Source: Trichosphaerium sp. ATCC 40318 (lineage: Eukaryota; Protista; Tubulinea). Taken from it: 64,000 nt of DNA. The position numbers were made by a program, and so were the translations under genes. The notes under the pieces are model-generated. The model saw only the letters and a list, made by a program, of their open reading frames with translations, was not told the DNA's origin and did not search any database. Shown here piece after piece: positions 25,891-40,264 of the stretch. The stretch covers positions 372,001-436,000 of the forward strand of contig JALMLS010000507.1 in assembly GCA_038496445.1 (NCBI GenBank), given 5' to 3'. Positions within the stretch are counted from its first letter, which is position 1; each line of letters opens with the position of its first letter.

Positions 25891-27565
25891 ATGGCGTTTA
25901 TTGGTGCGTGTAGAAGTGGTTTGTACCACACTCGCGCGTCTAGACGCGTAAGTGTAAGAACTAGAAAAAGTACAGTTATCAGACGCCCACAAACGGTCAG
26001 AACTCCTGTTCGAAATCTTTTTGGCTTTTTTGATGCGAAGTCACCAGATGAGAAAGTTAAGCTTTTGACTGATGATCGTACGTTGTATAAACGCTATTTA
26101 TGCGCATAAAAGTATTCAATTCTCACCTAAAAAAACAGCGGGTGTGAAAATGTTGAAGGAAGGAGCGCTACAAGAAGTTAAGAACGATCCTGAGCGTCTA
26201 CAAAGACATTTAGACCAACTTAGAAGGTATACCATTCAAACAAACGCGCTACGCTTCCAAACGCTCACAAACGTTCTCTAGATATGAAAAACATGGCGTG
26301 TTCACAGATGAAGAAAAACTCGTTTGGATTAAAAAACAACAAGCTTTATTGGACCATTATCGTAGTGGAAAGATCTCTAGCTACTTCCATTGGCTCACAG
26401 GCGTAGCAACGCCAAAGAAAGGACTTCAGGTAACCAATTGATTTTGCACTTTTTTGACACTTTACAACAAACTGATGAAAGTCTTCCTGTGTGTGCTCAA
26501 AAGAGTGTTACAATATCTCTTTTTACGCTCACTGATACCTTCTAGTTAGTAGCACATGAGTTATACTTGAAAAGTAAGATACAATCCGAGCACAGAGCGT
26601 TTAAAGGCAAGTAGAAATTATTATTTATTTTTTCAAAGATTAATAAATATTCAGCTTTGGGATTACCTAACAACTTTCAAAATTGGTTTAATATGCTTGC
26701 ACTTCATCTATGGATTTTAAATACGCGTATGCGTAAAGTTAAAGATGTTGGTGGGACAGTAGAGCAACAACTTGTTGACATTGTTTTTGAAGATATCGAA
26801 ACTGCTGTTGGTATTTTTGGTGTACGTCAGCTTGCTTGAAAGGATTCTATTCTGATGTATTTTATTCATAGCGTACCAATAACCCTATATCTATATCAAG
26901 ATCAACAAAAAGACTACACAAGAACTACAACGGCGCTTTAGTTGCTTATGATGAAGTACTTGGACTTTTTTCTTTCCTACTGCTCTGTGTTTCAACTAAA
27001 GTAATTAAAATAGGGATTAAGAGGTTCTGATCCTCAGTTGGCTGATGCTTTATGGCGGTACATTCAAATTCAAACGAGTTTTTCTTCATTTTTTTATTGA
27101 CTGACATTTAATTTAGTAATATTTTCTCTATGCATCCCGAACTTGTTAGCGCACAAAAGTTAGCAACTTTAGTAGAATATATAAGGCGTAATGTTAGGGA
27201 TTTAGATCAAGTACCAGATGAAGAGTTCCTTAAAGGTAATCAATACCTATGATTCGTTTAAATCTTTTATCACTCATTTTTCAAAAACAGCGAAAATGGC
27301 ATGGACAAATTATGCGCTTGTGGAACCAATCATAGCAAAGAAAGTGAGGCCACCACTAAAACTCACAGTCCATGAAGAAACAGACGAAGAACCAAGTCTT
27401 CTTGTTACACTACAAGCACTTGCTGGCTTGTCAAAAAAACAAGAAAAAACAGAAACAGAGCAACCACAAAAACCTGCGAAAAAACATGCACGTGAGCCAA
27501 CAAGCAAACGCATTGATAGACAACAAACGAGCGTAGAAAAGCCGAAACAAAACCGTACTAAATAA
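25891..27565 (+). CDS. CBP3: Ubiquinol-cytochrome c reductase assembly chaperone (Cbp3/UQCC1 family), mitochondrial
   Basis: Arg-rich presequence; GLPNNFQNWFNMLALHLWILNTRMR, GALVAYDE, SDPQLADALWRNIF and LVEYIR match the family. Confidence 0.85.
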
Positions 27566-27864
27566 ACCTGGATTGTAATAACAATAGCGGTTAAACCACA
27601 AGCCCAGGATCATTCTCACTGTCCACCTCAAGCCCGACTTGCCCTTTCATTCGCTAGGCCTTCCGAACGACACGTGACGCCATTTTTCAGCTCTGTGTAG
27701 TCTTGTGGAAGCTACTTATGACATAGTACCCTACTGCTCTTGAAGAGTTCTGAGATTGTTGAAAAAACGTTTTGCTAGCGTCTGAGACGTGAAGGTAATT
27801 TTCTATTATATTTTACAACGGTTTTTTAATGCATAGGGTATCGTTTTACGCCTATAAGTATGAA

Positions 27865-28258
27865 TTATTCGCCTGTGTAAGTGTTAGTTGGTATGTGACA
27901 TAACAGGCGTTCATTAATCGCTCTACGTACCTCTGATATGGTATACATTGCATCCAGCGCACCACTTTGGGTATGGTGGCGTTGGTTCTCCACGTAGCTT
28001 TGCAAGTACCTCTTCTTGTTTATATTCTTCCCACACGAGTTTAAGCTTAGCAGACGCTTCAACATGCCCAAATAACTGTTTCTGTGCCATACGTTTGGCT
28101 TTAACTGTTGTATCCAATACGTCTAAATCCTCTCCAGACGTGTATTGTGCCCAAAATGTGTTGTGTCTGGGTCCTTTGGAGCCTTTCAGTGTATTTTCAA
28201 TAAATTCTGTTGTAATTTCGCCTTTGGCGGGTTTGGGAGGTGGTGTCCCTTCACTCAT
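27865..28258 (-). CDS. Small hypothetical protein with C-terminal CxxC..H motif
   Basis: Open frame from ATG 28258 ending KWCAGCNVYHIR; one intron (gtacgt...acacag) leads to GE* at 27865. Confidence 0.55.
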
Positions 28259-28439
28259 CGTTTTTGTAGGTTAAAACAATCTGTTTGTTTTCAAAGAACC
28301 AAATACTAATTGTGACCGTCGTCTTTTTACCAGCGGTCGCACCACAGTGTTTGGAAGTACGTTTGTAATTATTCGCTGAACTTCGTCTAACGTTCGCTAG
28401 TACTCTCACCAAGTTATTATCAAATCAATTTAAACTAAC

Positions 28440-30158
28440 ATGGCAGCAAAGCTTGTAGACGAGCTAATCACTGAAGGTGCTATTAAATTAAAAAAAGGCA
28501 AAATATTCGATGTGGCTCTGCAACCGTTTCCGGATTCATTCAATTACGATGGTACGCCACAATACGCGTCTAAATTTCTTTACGCGTGATTTATTTTTAT
28601 CTAACAACCCAAAGAATACGTTGAGGGCATGCTACTTTGCGTGGCAATTGGTGACGCTCTAGGATATCCCACAGAGTCTCATCTTCCTAAGTACTCAATC
28701 CCATCACTCCGAGCCTCGTCTAATGTACCCTTCACTACCTAGTTCGCGCTGGGAAACACATGGAGGAGATATAGTCGCATACAACTCAGGCAGGCAGAGA
28801 GACAAGAAAAAAGAAGAAGCCATTGGAGGCCCAAGTGACGTACTTGTTTGAGGCTGACTCTTTGGGTTATTTTTCTGACTCAGAGGTATTTTAGGATACA
28901 CAAATGACGTATTGGACGCTTGCTCAAATGATAGAAGACAAAGGTTGCTTGAACTTCGAGAATATTGCAAAGTGCTTCTTGCAATCTAAAATTTTTGGTA
29001 AGATTTCTTTGTTTTTTGCTTCTTCTTCGTTTTCCTGGCTTATTAACATGTTGAACTATTTAGGTATTGGTCAAGCTGTTAGAGAAGCTACCAGTAAACT
29101 TCGTTATGACACACACTGGACGCAGAGGTACGTACTTGAAAATAGAGATCAAACAAAACTCAGTTGGTTTTTTTTGAACAGTGGTGCCAAGTCAGCAGGA
29201 AACGGATCATTGATGCGTATGGCGCCTGTCATACTTCCTAACCTTAAAGTTGGAGGATCGCAAATTTGGAGTGATGTTGTACTATTGGGTCTTGTGCGTC
29301 TACCTTTAAGTTTGCCTTTCCTTGAAACTGATTTTAACACTTTAGATGACACATAACGATCCAGTATCTATGGCTTCTTGTATTGCATTTGTCTATATGG
29401 CGTGGCAAGCGCTTTCCATGGAATCACCACCACCACCTAACTGGTATGCACAACATTATAAACAAGGGCAGCTTATTAATGAAGGCAGGTATTTGGAAAC
29501 TTTTTTAAAAGTTGCTGAAGATCTTGAGCCACAAGACAGTTCATACAAACCACGTGGTGGTAAATGGACATCCTACAGGTATGGATTTTTTTCTATCAAT
29601 TTAAATTACTCACGTGATGGAAGTGGTACTTTATGTGGGTATGTAAAGCTGGTAATAGCTGAAGCTTGCAAGCAAAATTGGGATACAAGACAAGCATGTA
29701 ACAACTGGTTTTCTGGAGCATACTTGGTAATGGTCGCTCACTGGCTGTGTTTACTAACTAATTATTGTAGTTGGAAACAGTACCTTGTGTTTTATACATC
29801 CTCATGAAGCATGGCTCTGATTTAAAGACAGCTATCATTCGCTCTGTGAATGATACAAAAGGTAATTGCACTTTTCTTGGTTACCCTGTGAATGTTGTGA
29901 AAATACTAATGTAGCTTTTTTATAGATAACGACACAGTTGCAGCTATTGTTGGTATGGTACTGGGTACGCTCATTTAGCTTTCTCAACAAAAATATAGTA
30001 TATTGTAATGATTAATTGATTGGGTAGGTGCTCTACATGGTAAAAGTAAAATTCCAGAACTGTGGATAAATAATCTCTCCGGAAGAACATTGAAAGCAGA
30101 TAATGGGAAAGTATTCTCCTTGCTTGAAGCCGCAAAGCAGATCTACTGGAAAAAATAA
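28440..30158 (+). CDS. ADP-ribosylglycohydrolase (ARH/DraG family), multi-exon
   Basis: VEGMLLCVAIGDALG, PSDDTQM, SAGNGSLMRMAP, THND and NDTKDNDTVAAIVGMVLGALHG (Mg-binding motifs). Confidence 0.9.
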
Positions 30159-30394
30159 TCAACTACATAACAGCGGCACACATATGAATGTAGTGATAAC
30201 ACTCGCGTGTGGCCATTTCTCTTTTCTTTATCGCCATTTTTGCTTTAATTCCAAGACATTTTAAAGGTCTTTTTTTGAATTTACTTGGTTGTAAAAGAGT
30301 TCGAAGTCGAGAAAATACTGGCCGGAAATAAAAACGAAAATAATTAGTTGACAAAGTACAACATTGTGAGTACATTTTATTCTTGTCTGAAACC

Positions 30395-33010
30395 TCTTGG
30401 TACTAAGTCGTTAATACCTATGTTTACTTCCCTTCCTGCCACGGATGTACAAAATCATGGTATTCTGATACAGCACCACAATATCCTTTCGTGTCACGTG
30501 GTGGATTCCTGTTTAGAAAAAAATTAGAACTCAACAAATACAAAGTCACGTGTTTGTTAAAACGTACGATTTAGGTGGGTGATATTCTTTTTCAAGAGCT
30601 TTGAATTCTGCCATCATCTCAGATAGTTTTTCAGGCATTTGTTCTGCAAGATCAAAGTGTTCAGTTGGATCATTTGCAATATTGAATAAGCAAGGCTTAT
30701 CAACAGAGCATGCAGTCACTTTGTACATATCTTTATTGTATGTAGTGTTTGGAGTGAATTGACCAAACCTATATGGCAGTTGAATCGTAGTAGTTTTTAA
30801 AGAGGAATAGCGAGAAAACCAACAACGAAAAAAGACAACTTAACCTTGAGCATTGTTACAAGTTAACGTACCATGAAGCAGCTTTCTCTTTTCCTACAAT
30901 AAGCTTGTAGTCACCATCCCTGATAGCTCCTAGGATTGTATTTAAGTTGGGTTTCCATAAAACAAGTACTATTAGTACCAGTGTATGGTGAGGTAAACAT
31001 GCGATGGTCGTAAACAAATTTCTTTCGAGGTGACTCATCTGATTGTCCGCTGAGAAGAAAAAGATTAAACCAAAAACTTTGTAGGTGTCTCAAGTACCTC
31101 AGGTACTTCCACATACTTAAACTCTCAACAGGTGTTGGTGTACCTAAATATTTTTAAGCTTACAGGTTGCCATTTGTTCTATTTCAATCTTACCTGGATC
31201 TGCAGGATCGATACCTGCTAACTCACAAAAAGTAGCGTACCAGTCAGCAATATGTATTGTGCCTAAAAATTACAAGGCGTGTCAATGGAACTTGTTCATG
31301 AAACTTGGTAGTACAACTTGTTTGTCTACAAAAAACCCATGGAATCGCTTACCGTTAACATGTTTGGCACGCATCTTTGCCGGTAAAATACCTCCGTTAA
31401 CGAATCCAGGAACGCGAGTACCACCTATGGCATTTGTAAAGAAAAGACTAAGATAATAGAAGAATAAACTGACCTTCAAAGTTCGTTGATTTAGAGCCTG
31501 CGAAACAATTAGCATGTTTGTTTGCAATTTTTTTTGCTTACCTCTCAATGGTTTGTTAGATCCAGCTCCTTCAACAGGTGTTCCATTATCTGTTGTCCAA
31601 ATGAACAATGTATTTTCCCACATACCACTTTCTTTCAACGCCTACACACTGTGACAACAAAGCATTTCCAGAAAAAAAACCAAACGAACTTGTGTAACAT
31701 TCTTTGCTGATTCATCAACAACAGACATCATTCCGCCAAACACATTCCTCAACTTTTGGTCAAAATGATACATGTTTGTAAATCGCTCTGGTGCCTTAAG
31801 TAACTAATTAGCAACCTTCTAATAAACATGACTACAAACCTCTACAGGACCATGCGTATTGTGCAACGCAAAGTACAAAAACATAGGACCTGAATTCTTA
31901 TCATGATTTTTAATCAAATCCACTGCGTGCTTGGGTTGTACGTGAGAAACAATGTTGTCAAGTTTAATCTTTAGTGCCTGTGTAAAAGCATATCCATTGT
32001 AGGTGCCATTTTTACCATAAGCAGGAGCATTGTTTTCCCATAGATCAAGAGCTTGGCATAATCCATCCACTCTCGCTGTTTCCTGAAAAAAACAATCAAA
32101 TTTTACTCTACCTTGCGCTTGTACACATACCTGAGTAAAGTGATCTTCACCTCCCTCTAAAAAACCAAATGTACTGTCAAACCCTCTTCCCATTGGAGTA
32201 TAATCTAGAGTGTAAAAGCCCTATACAAAAACCTGTTAACAAAACAATATCCAATTACTCTTACTTGATGCCATTTGCCAACGTGATGTGATGTGTAACC
32301 AGCTTTTTTAAGCTTCTTAGGTAACATCGTGTATGACAAGTCGATTCCTGGAGGATTAAAAACAAGTATTAATAGTGTATTCGTACCATCAGGTAAATCC
32401 CAAGGAATATAATTTGTGCGAGTTGCAGAAAGATGATAAGGAAGCCTTCCTGTCAAGAACGATCCACGTGTTGGTGCGCAATACTTGTACGTGTAATGAA
32501 AATCAAGTTTAAGACCTGGAGAACGTCAAACGATATGTCGTGTGACGAATTGGTAAAATCAAAGTCGTGGGAAAAGTGGTACTACTTTTCAGAAATACAA
32601 AACTTTCTGACCCAAGTCACATGTGAAACGTACCATCTGCTGCTAAGCTGTCGAGAGTTGGTGTTATCAAATCCGGATTCCGGTATCTGTTATAGTTTTA
32701 ATTTGCGTTTACAAAAGCGTAAATGTAAACGTACCCTGGAGCGTTAAATCCCAAATCATCAGTGAGCCTATCAAATTAACTTGAAGTCATAACACGTGTC
32801 ATTTTGTATTCCGTACATGAAAACAATGTTAGGTGGAGCCGCGGTAATGGTACATATCAATGCCGTAAAACACAACGAGAGTAAAATGCGCATGGTTTAG
32901 GTGCGCAATACGAAATATCGTTGAAAAAAAAATACAGAAACTAAAGTTGTTGACCTTTTTTTCCTCCATCTTCGTTCTTACAGTATTTTTTAATGGACAA
33001 CCCATACACC
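30395..33010 (-). repeat. Arm 2 of the inverted segmental duplication (partner 10351-12975)
   Basis: Reverse-complement match to arm 1, including several almost identical introns. Confidence 0.9.
30424..32893 (-). CDS. Secreted arylsulfatase (S1 family, ARSB-like), copy 2
   Basis: Same exon/intron structure as copy 1; CAPTR motif intact; ends HPWQEGK* (TAA at 30424-30426), two residues shorter than copy 1. Confidence 0.92.
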
Positions 33011-33568
33011 ACATTGTTATAGTACGCGTTCCGATGACAACAAGAAGTACAAACTTCCAGGATAAAGCAGTTTATTTGGCTCAAAGGTTAGATTTGGACT
33101 TTGAAGCTGTCAGGCTCTGTATATGATTCACTCATGTTAACAGCTTTTGTAAACCTTCACATGTGCCATGGGTTTGCACTACTTTTCGAAATTCATTAGA
33201 ACCACGATTGACTAAAAAATGCGCTGTTTTCTGCAAAAATGTTGTACAAAAGGCCTGCAAAAAAAACGGATTTTAGTGCAAACCCCAGACTTTAACATAG
33301 TACTCTATGTGCGTCTTTTAAAGAAGAGGGTATTTCGACACGGCAGCTGTAGATTGTGAAGCTGTTATGCCTATTTGTTCGCTCAAATGGCTGTATAAAC
33401 TTTTTTCGTAGTAGTACTTAGCGCTATGCAAAGGAGTTACAAAACGTATTCACTCTTAGACTAGTTTGTGTACAACGCACGCCATATGCACGTGTGTGCA
33501 CACCACGTGCAGTTTTTAACGTGAAAATCATACAACAACTATCTATACAAGAACAACAACTCTTAACA

Positions 33569-35369
33569 ATGACTCACCTAATACTAACAACAGCGCTATG
33601 CTTAGCGCTCATTACAATGGTAAATGCCTACTGCGATCCTGTTCTCGATTGGCCTCAAGGTGGCTATCAATACGTGTACGGCGAATCTTGTAGTTTTAAC
33701 AAAACTACTCGTTTAATGCTTAATTTCTTAGGGTCTCCAAGAATTTCTCATCCGATGAATGTTGTAGAGAACGATATTGCGATGAACCGAACAGTTTTTG
33801 GTACGTTACATCTTTTAGAGTTTGTTAGAGCTCGCATACTAAAGCGTGAAATAGGCTTCCGAATCTAAGCAAAGATCTCGTATTTGAAGCCTCCGCTTAT
33901 GCTCCTGTACCTGAGTTACTTCTATCAGGTATAGGAGATCATGACAGCGGGCGTACTATAACTCTATTAGGCACTCTCAAAAGGTACGAAAGAACTCTAA
34001 CAATTCACGAGAATTTCATGCTTTTTTTTGACATGTTGCTCTTTACTTGTAGCCTCAGTAACCCCAATGTCGTATTCCATGCGCATATTCTCTTTCTTGA
34101 TGTGAAGCCATGTGGTCAAGTCCAGGATCCGTTTTCATTGGTAAAACAGCTTCGTGATGAATGTACGCTTCCTGTAACCTAGTTTTTATCCTTCTAATGC
34201 ATTTCCAAAGGCTACGATAAGAGTTTGAATCCTCAAGTAGATCCTTCATGTACGTCTCTGAGTACTAAATTACACTTGTCTTACTCTATAATAGGTTGGC
34301 TTTGCGCTTGTAACTTTGGAGGTAGTTCTTTAGGTGTTGTTTTCGTTTTAAAATATTACAGGTTCTCTAACGGCTGTCGCACCTGCTGGAGGCCGACCAC
34401 AAGATAACCCATGGTACCCAGCTCTATTTTCAATTTCTCCCGTAGCCAACAGATGCGCTCAAGTACGTAAACCCACAACGTGAACTCGTAATCAACATTC
34501 TTAGTTCGGATATGGTGCCGGCGGTAAAAGTAAAGCACTTTCTATGTCTACATGGTACCTATTTTGCTTCCTATTTTTAATGTATGCATTCTAACTCTTT
34601 CTTGCTTAGGTTAAATTGGTATGCTATTCGTAGAGCAGAAAATGCAAGTCTACCATACAGGGGAAACGGAGATATCAACATTGACTATTGGCGCCATTTA
34701 GTACCAACTCCACCTCCAACCAAGGCACCAACGAAAGCGCCAACAACAAAACCTCCTACAACGAAGCCTCCTACTACAGTCACACCTACCACTGACCCTC
34801 CAACGACAAGATCCCCAACAACTTACCCTCCAACAACCAAGCCACCAACAACAGAACCCCCAACCACGGCCAGCCCTACCACTGATCCTCCGACAACAAG
34901 AGCTCCAACAACTTACCCTCCAACTACCAAACCTCCAACTACAATGGCACCAACATGTACCTTTCAAACAAGTTGTTTGTTTCACCTGATTTAATACAAT
35001 TATTTAGTGCCTCCTATTTGTCAAACTGATCCTCCTCAATCATCATATCGTCCACCAGGAAGAGTTTGTATTAAACCGAAATACGACTCTCTAACTGATA
35101 AATGCTCGTAAGTGCACTTCAAACAATTTACATTCTTTATTTTTTCTTACTTTTTATTAAAGGTGTTTGACTTATGAATGTAAGACACAGACCGGTGCTA
35201 TTGATCATGTATGCGAATCAAGGTAGTTTGTTTTATTTATATTTGATTATAAACCATGAACAATAACTGACATGTTTATTCTAGTGCATGGCACTGTGTC
35301 CAATTTACTTATTGGCCAAAAGTATTGCATCTTTCCTACCATGGAAAGCATTGTACATGTTACTTTTAA
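33569..35369 (+). CDS. Secreted protein with Cys-containing N-terminal domain, mucin-like PTT repeat stalk and Cys-rich C-terminal module; internal exon structure only partly resolved
   Basis: Signal peptide MTHLILTTALCLALITMVNA; many short exons; PPTTK-type repeats; last exon ends HCTCYF* at 35369, with AATAAA downstream. Confidence 0.6.
34704..34955 (+). repeat. Coding tandem repeat (PTTxP pentamers) with a higher-order 90-bp (30 aa) duplication
   Basis: PTTDPPTTRSPTTYPPTTKPPTT at ~34785 recurs as PTTDPPTTRAPTTYPPTTKPPTT at ~34875. Confidence 0.85.
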
Positions 35370-35719
35370 GAGTTCGTGTTAAGTATAGTCAGAAAACATA
35401 CCCTTCGTGACGACCTTATTTGTAACTCAAAATAAACTTGATATTACCAACTAGACTAAGTATAATTTTCTCGAGAAAATGGAAATTTAATTGATGTGAA
35501 ATTGTACTAAGGAGCATTTTCAGCATCTTGTTGCCGCCCTGTGATAGTCTTGTTTTGCGCGTGAAAACGAACTTGTAGTATATTTTAAGTCTGTAAAAAA
35601 ATCTTTTGAAGTACGTAAAAGATAGATAACTGCTTAACTAAGAATTTAAGTGTACTCGCAAAAAAAAGAATTTCCGGAACGTAACAAAACTCAAGTATAT
35701 GTCCCAACCAACAGAGAAA

Positions 35720-38178
35720 ATGGCGGAGACGCGCTATCGCGCAAGAGCACAAACAGAGACTGGTTTCCACGCAGTAGAACTCCAACAACTCATCGGAGAG
35801 CCTAGTACTGTTGAAAAAACGCATCTAGCGAACTCTATATTAACTTTTAAACTAATTAAAAATAGACGGCAATTCTGTACCAAACGGTTTGAGTGACATG
35901 TTCGACTACCTATTTTTGCATGGTACGACCAAAAAAAAAAAACTTAAACAAAATCACGTGATCTGTATAATGTATCGATCATCTTCGCTTGTTCCATACA
36001 CTATCTTCCTTTACTACATCATATCTATCGTTCAGGGGTTTTTTTGTTTATTACTCTAATTTACGCCTTTAAGGCATAGAGGTTGATGGTTTATTCACTC
36101 AGGCGCAACCAAAGGAACAATTTAAAGAAGCCAAGAAGTATTTGGATTGTATAGTCGTTTTTGATTGTGAGGACTTCGCTGCAAAGTTTGGCGTTAGGAT
36201 GGTTGCTGAAGTAGTTAAATTATATTTTGAGCAACTGTCAACTCCATTACTAGGCCATGACGCTTACTCCCAGTACGTCAAAGTAAATGGTAGTTATCAA
36301 TCACTAAGAGAAGTAGTACAAGTACGTAAAAACACAAACAAAAAAACCTTTACAATTTTGGCTTTACGAGTGAGTTAACCACGTGCTAGAAAACGTTACC
36401 GCCTCTAGTGAAAGATATAGCAGATATGTTATTCGAACTTTTATATGCTATTTACGAAGCAGCAAAAGAAGAAGTAGGGCGGCTAAGCGAAATGGGAATG
36501 GTGTGGGCTCCAATCGTTCTATGTCCTAAAAGGTACGACTTTTTGTTGAACTTCTATATCGTTATATTCTTTAAACTCTGTACTAATTGCCTTAGAGAGA
36601 CTATTGAGACTATGTTAGAAACAAAGAAACGTGTCACAGCTATAAAGAATATGATTAAATACTGGGATAAGATATTCTTTAAAGAAATACCTAAAAAAAC
36701 ACTAATTACACGTCAAAGAATGCCAAAGGGTCTAGCATTATATACCAAAGCTGAACACTTACAAAAAGTCCATAATCAAAAGTCTAAAAAACTAATAAGT
36801 ATACTCAAAGAGATGGATAAACAACTAGAAAATGTGTCATCACTACAAGACCTTAAAAAGGTACGAATCATTTGTGTGAAATTAAACCTAAAGTTTTCTT
36901 CCAAAGATTCACAAAGCGATACAAAAAATACAAAAACAGTTGGACCCTATTGACTATGGAGACCTTCCAGAGGCGATTTCACATGTGAGCGCTATATCAA
37001 GTATTGACTCAGGCGAATTTGGAATGATTGGTAAACGGTACAAATGCTCAAACTTATGCGTTATTTCTTCTAACATAATTTCAAAAGTCCAACAATGGAA
37101 GACGAAACCGTTGTGATTAATGATCTCAACAAAACGTTCTCTGTACTTCCTACAAATATAAACAGATCTTACTTTGGCGTATACGATGGACATGGTGGAG
37201 ATCAAGCAGCACGTATTTGTGGTGAACGCCTACATGTCAACATTTGCACAAATCCTAAATTCATCGAAGTATGAATACATACGTCATACTCCAAACTTGC
37301 CTTCACTCACCGCATTATAGGGTGATATTTTTGGCGCATTTACAGAAGGTTTAGTTACTACAGATGCTGGTAAAAACGAAGATTTGTTTGACCGACAATT
37401 GTATTAACGCTAGTCTTTAGAGATAATCCACAAGAGTTTTGAAGAGTCGTTTACTTCGGGTACCACAGTAGTTGTTCTTGTCTTAATAGGAGAGAAGTTA
37501 TACTTGTGTAATCTTGGCGATTCTGAAGCTGTACTTGGTAAGCTATTTTTGTGAATAGAGTAAAAAAAAATTATCACGTGACTAAAACTCTACAAAGCCA
37601 GACGAGTTGATGATGAGACGCAAATAAACTTTAAATCAGTACTGCTATCTTTTAAGCATAAACCGCAGGATCCAGACGAGAGAGAACGTATCACCAAGCT
37701 TGGAGGATATGTAGTGAGGGTACGTAATTTGTCATTCTTTCATTTATTCACAGAGAATCAAGGGTCGTGTATTCTCAAGTTTGGCTGTAACAAGAGCGCT
37801 TGGAGATATGCAATTTAAAAAACCAAAAGTGCGCACCGACTTTATATCGATAGAACCATACCTCGCTTCTTTTGACCTGACCGACGAAGGTACAGATGTC
37901 AATGTTTCCATTACACTAACCATTGTAAGATCATTTTATAATACTAGCTTGTGATGGATTATGGGACGTACTGACGTACCAAGCCGCTGTTGATTTTGCA
38001 TCTTACTGTATAGAGAAAGGTTGCTCTCCAGAAGAAACCAGGTACATAATTATTAACAAACAAAACTGACAATGACGGTAGCAAAATGTTAGCAGAGCAC
38101 GCATTCGAGAAAGGGTCAACAGACAACATAAGCGTTGTAGTAATCGTACTAGATTGGAGATTATGCGATTCGAAATAA
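35720..38178 (+). CDS. RhoGAP-like domain fused to PP2C (PPM) phosphatase; alternative in-frame ATG at 35699
   Basis: RhoGAP-like: VPNGLSDMFDYLFLHGIEVDGLFT, VAEVVKLYFEQLSTPLL, MGMVWAPIVL. PP2C: GKR.TMEDE, GVYDGHGG, SGTT, NLGDSEAVL, LAVTRALGD, LACDGLWDV, GSTDNIS. Confidence 0.85.
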
Positions 38179-38271
38179 AACAATGTACAAAAAAGCAAAA
38201 ACAATAAACAAAAAAAAGGTTTAGAGAACAAGTATTTATTTTCTCGGATAGTTTTACAAGTATGTAACAAT

Positions 38272-39745
<1,474 letters not shown>

Positions 39746-40264
39746 TTTTAGATTTGTTGTTTATACTGTAAAGTATTTGTATTATGTTTCTCTTTTAGTG
39801 AGGGTTACCGGGAATTTACGAAATTTCTGAATAATACTCGAACGTGGTTGATTTTTGAACAATTTTGGAGGAATTACGTTTAAAAACGATTTCTACTAAT
39901 ATCTGAGCAGCCATTTCGCTTTCTACACAAAAAACAGTGATTGTGAGTAGCACAAAAACCACGCCAATTTACTGCCAAAACTGCAGTATTTCTAAAACAA
40001 GCCATCTACGGAGATGACGATATGAGAGTGCGTTGCACCACAACACATGCTTTAATACGTATTTGCCGTTTTAATGAAAAAAAAACTTTGCGTCTGTTAA
40101 ACACTCCGACTCGCTTTCAATTTGTGAGACATCTACTACGCTACACAAAAGTAATAATGCGTAGTCTATCAAATAGTATTTTATTTTTATCTTATACTTT
40201 TGTACAACACTAAATAGTAGCCTCAAAAATGTGTAGGTGTGCAATTGCAAGCGTATACTAACTT

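Noticed and set aside
34704-34955. CRISPR-like or satellite array
   Set aside because: The repeats are degenerate at third codon positions and encode Pro/Thr pentamers; there is no repeat-spacer structure and the context is eukaryotic.
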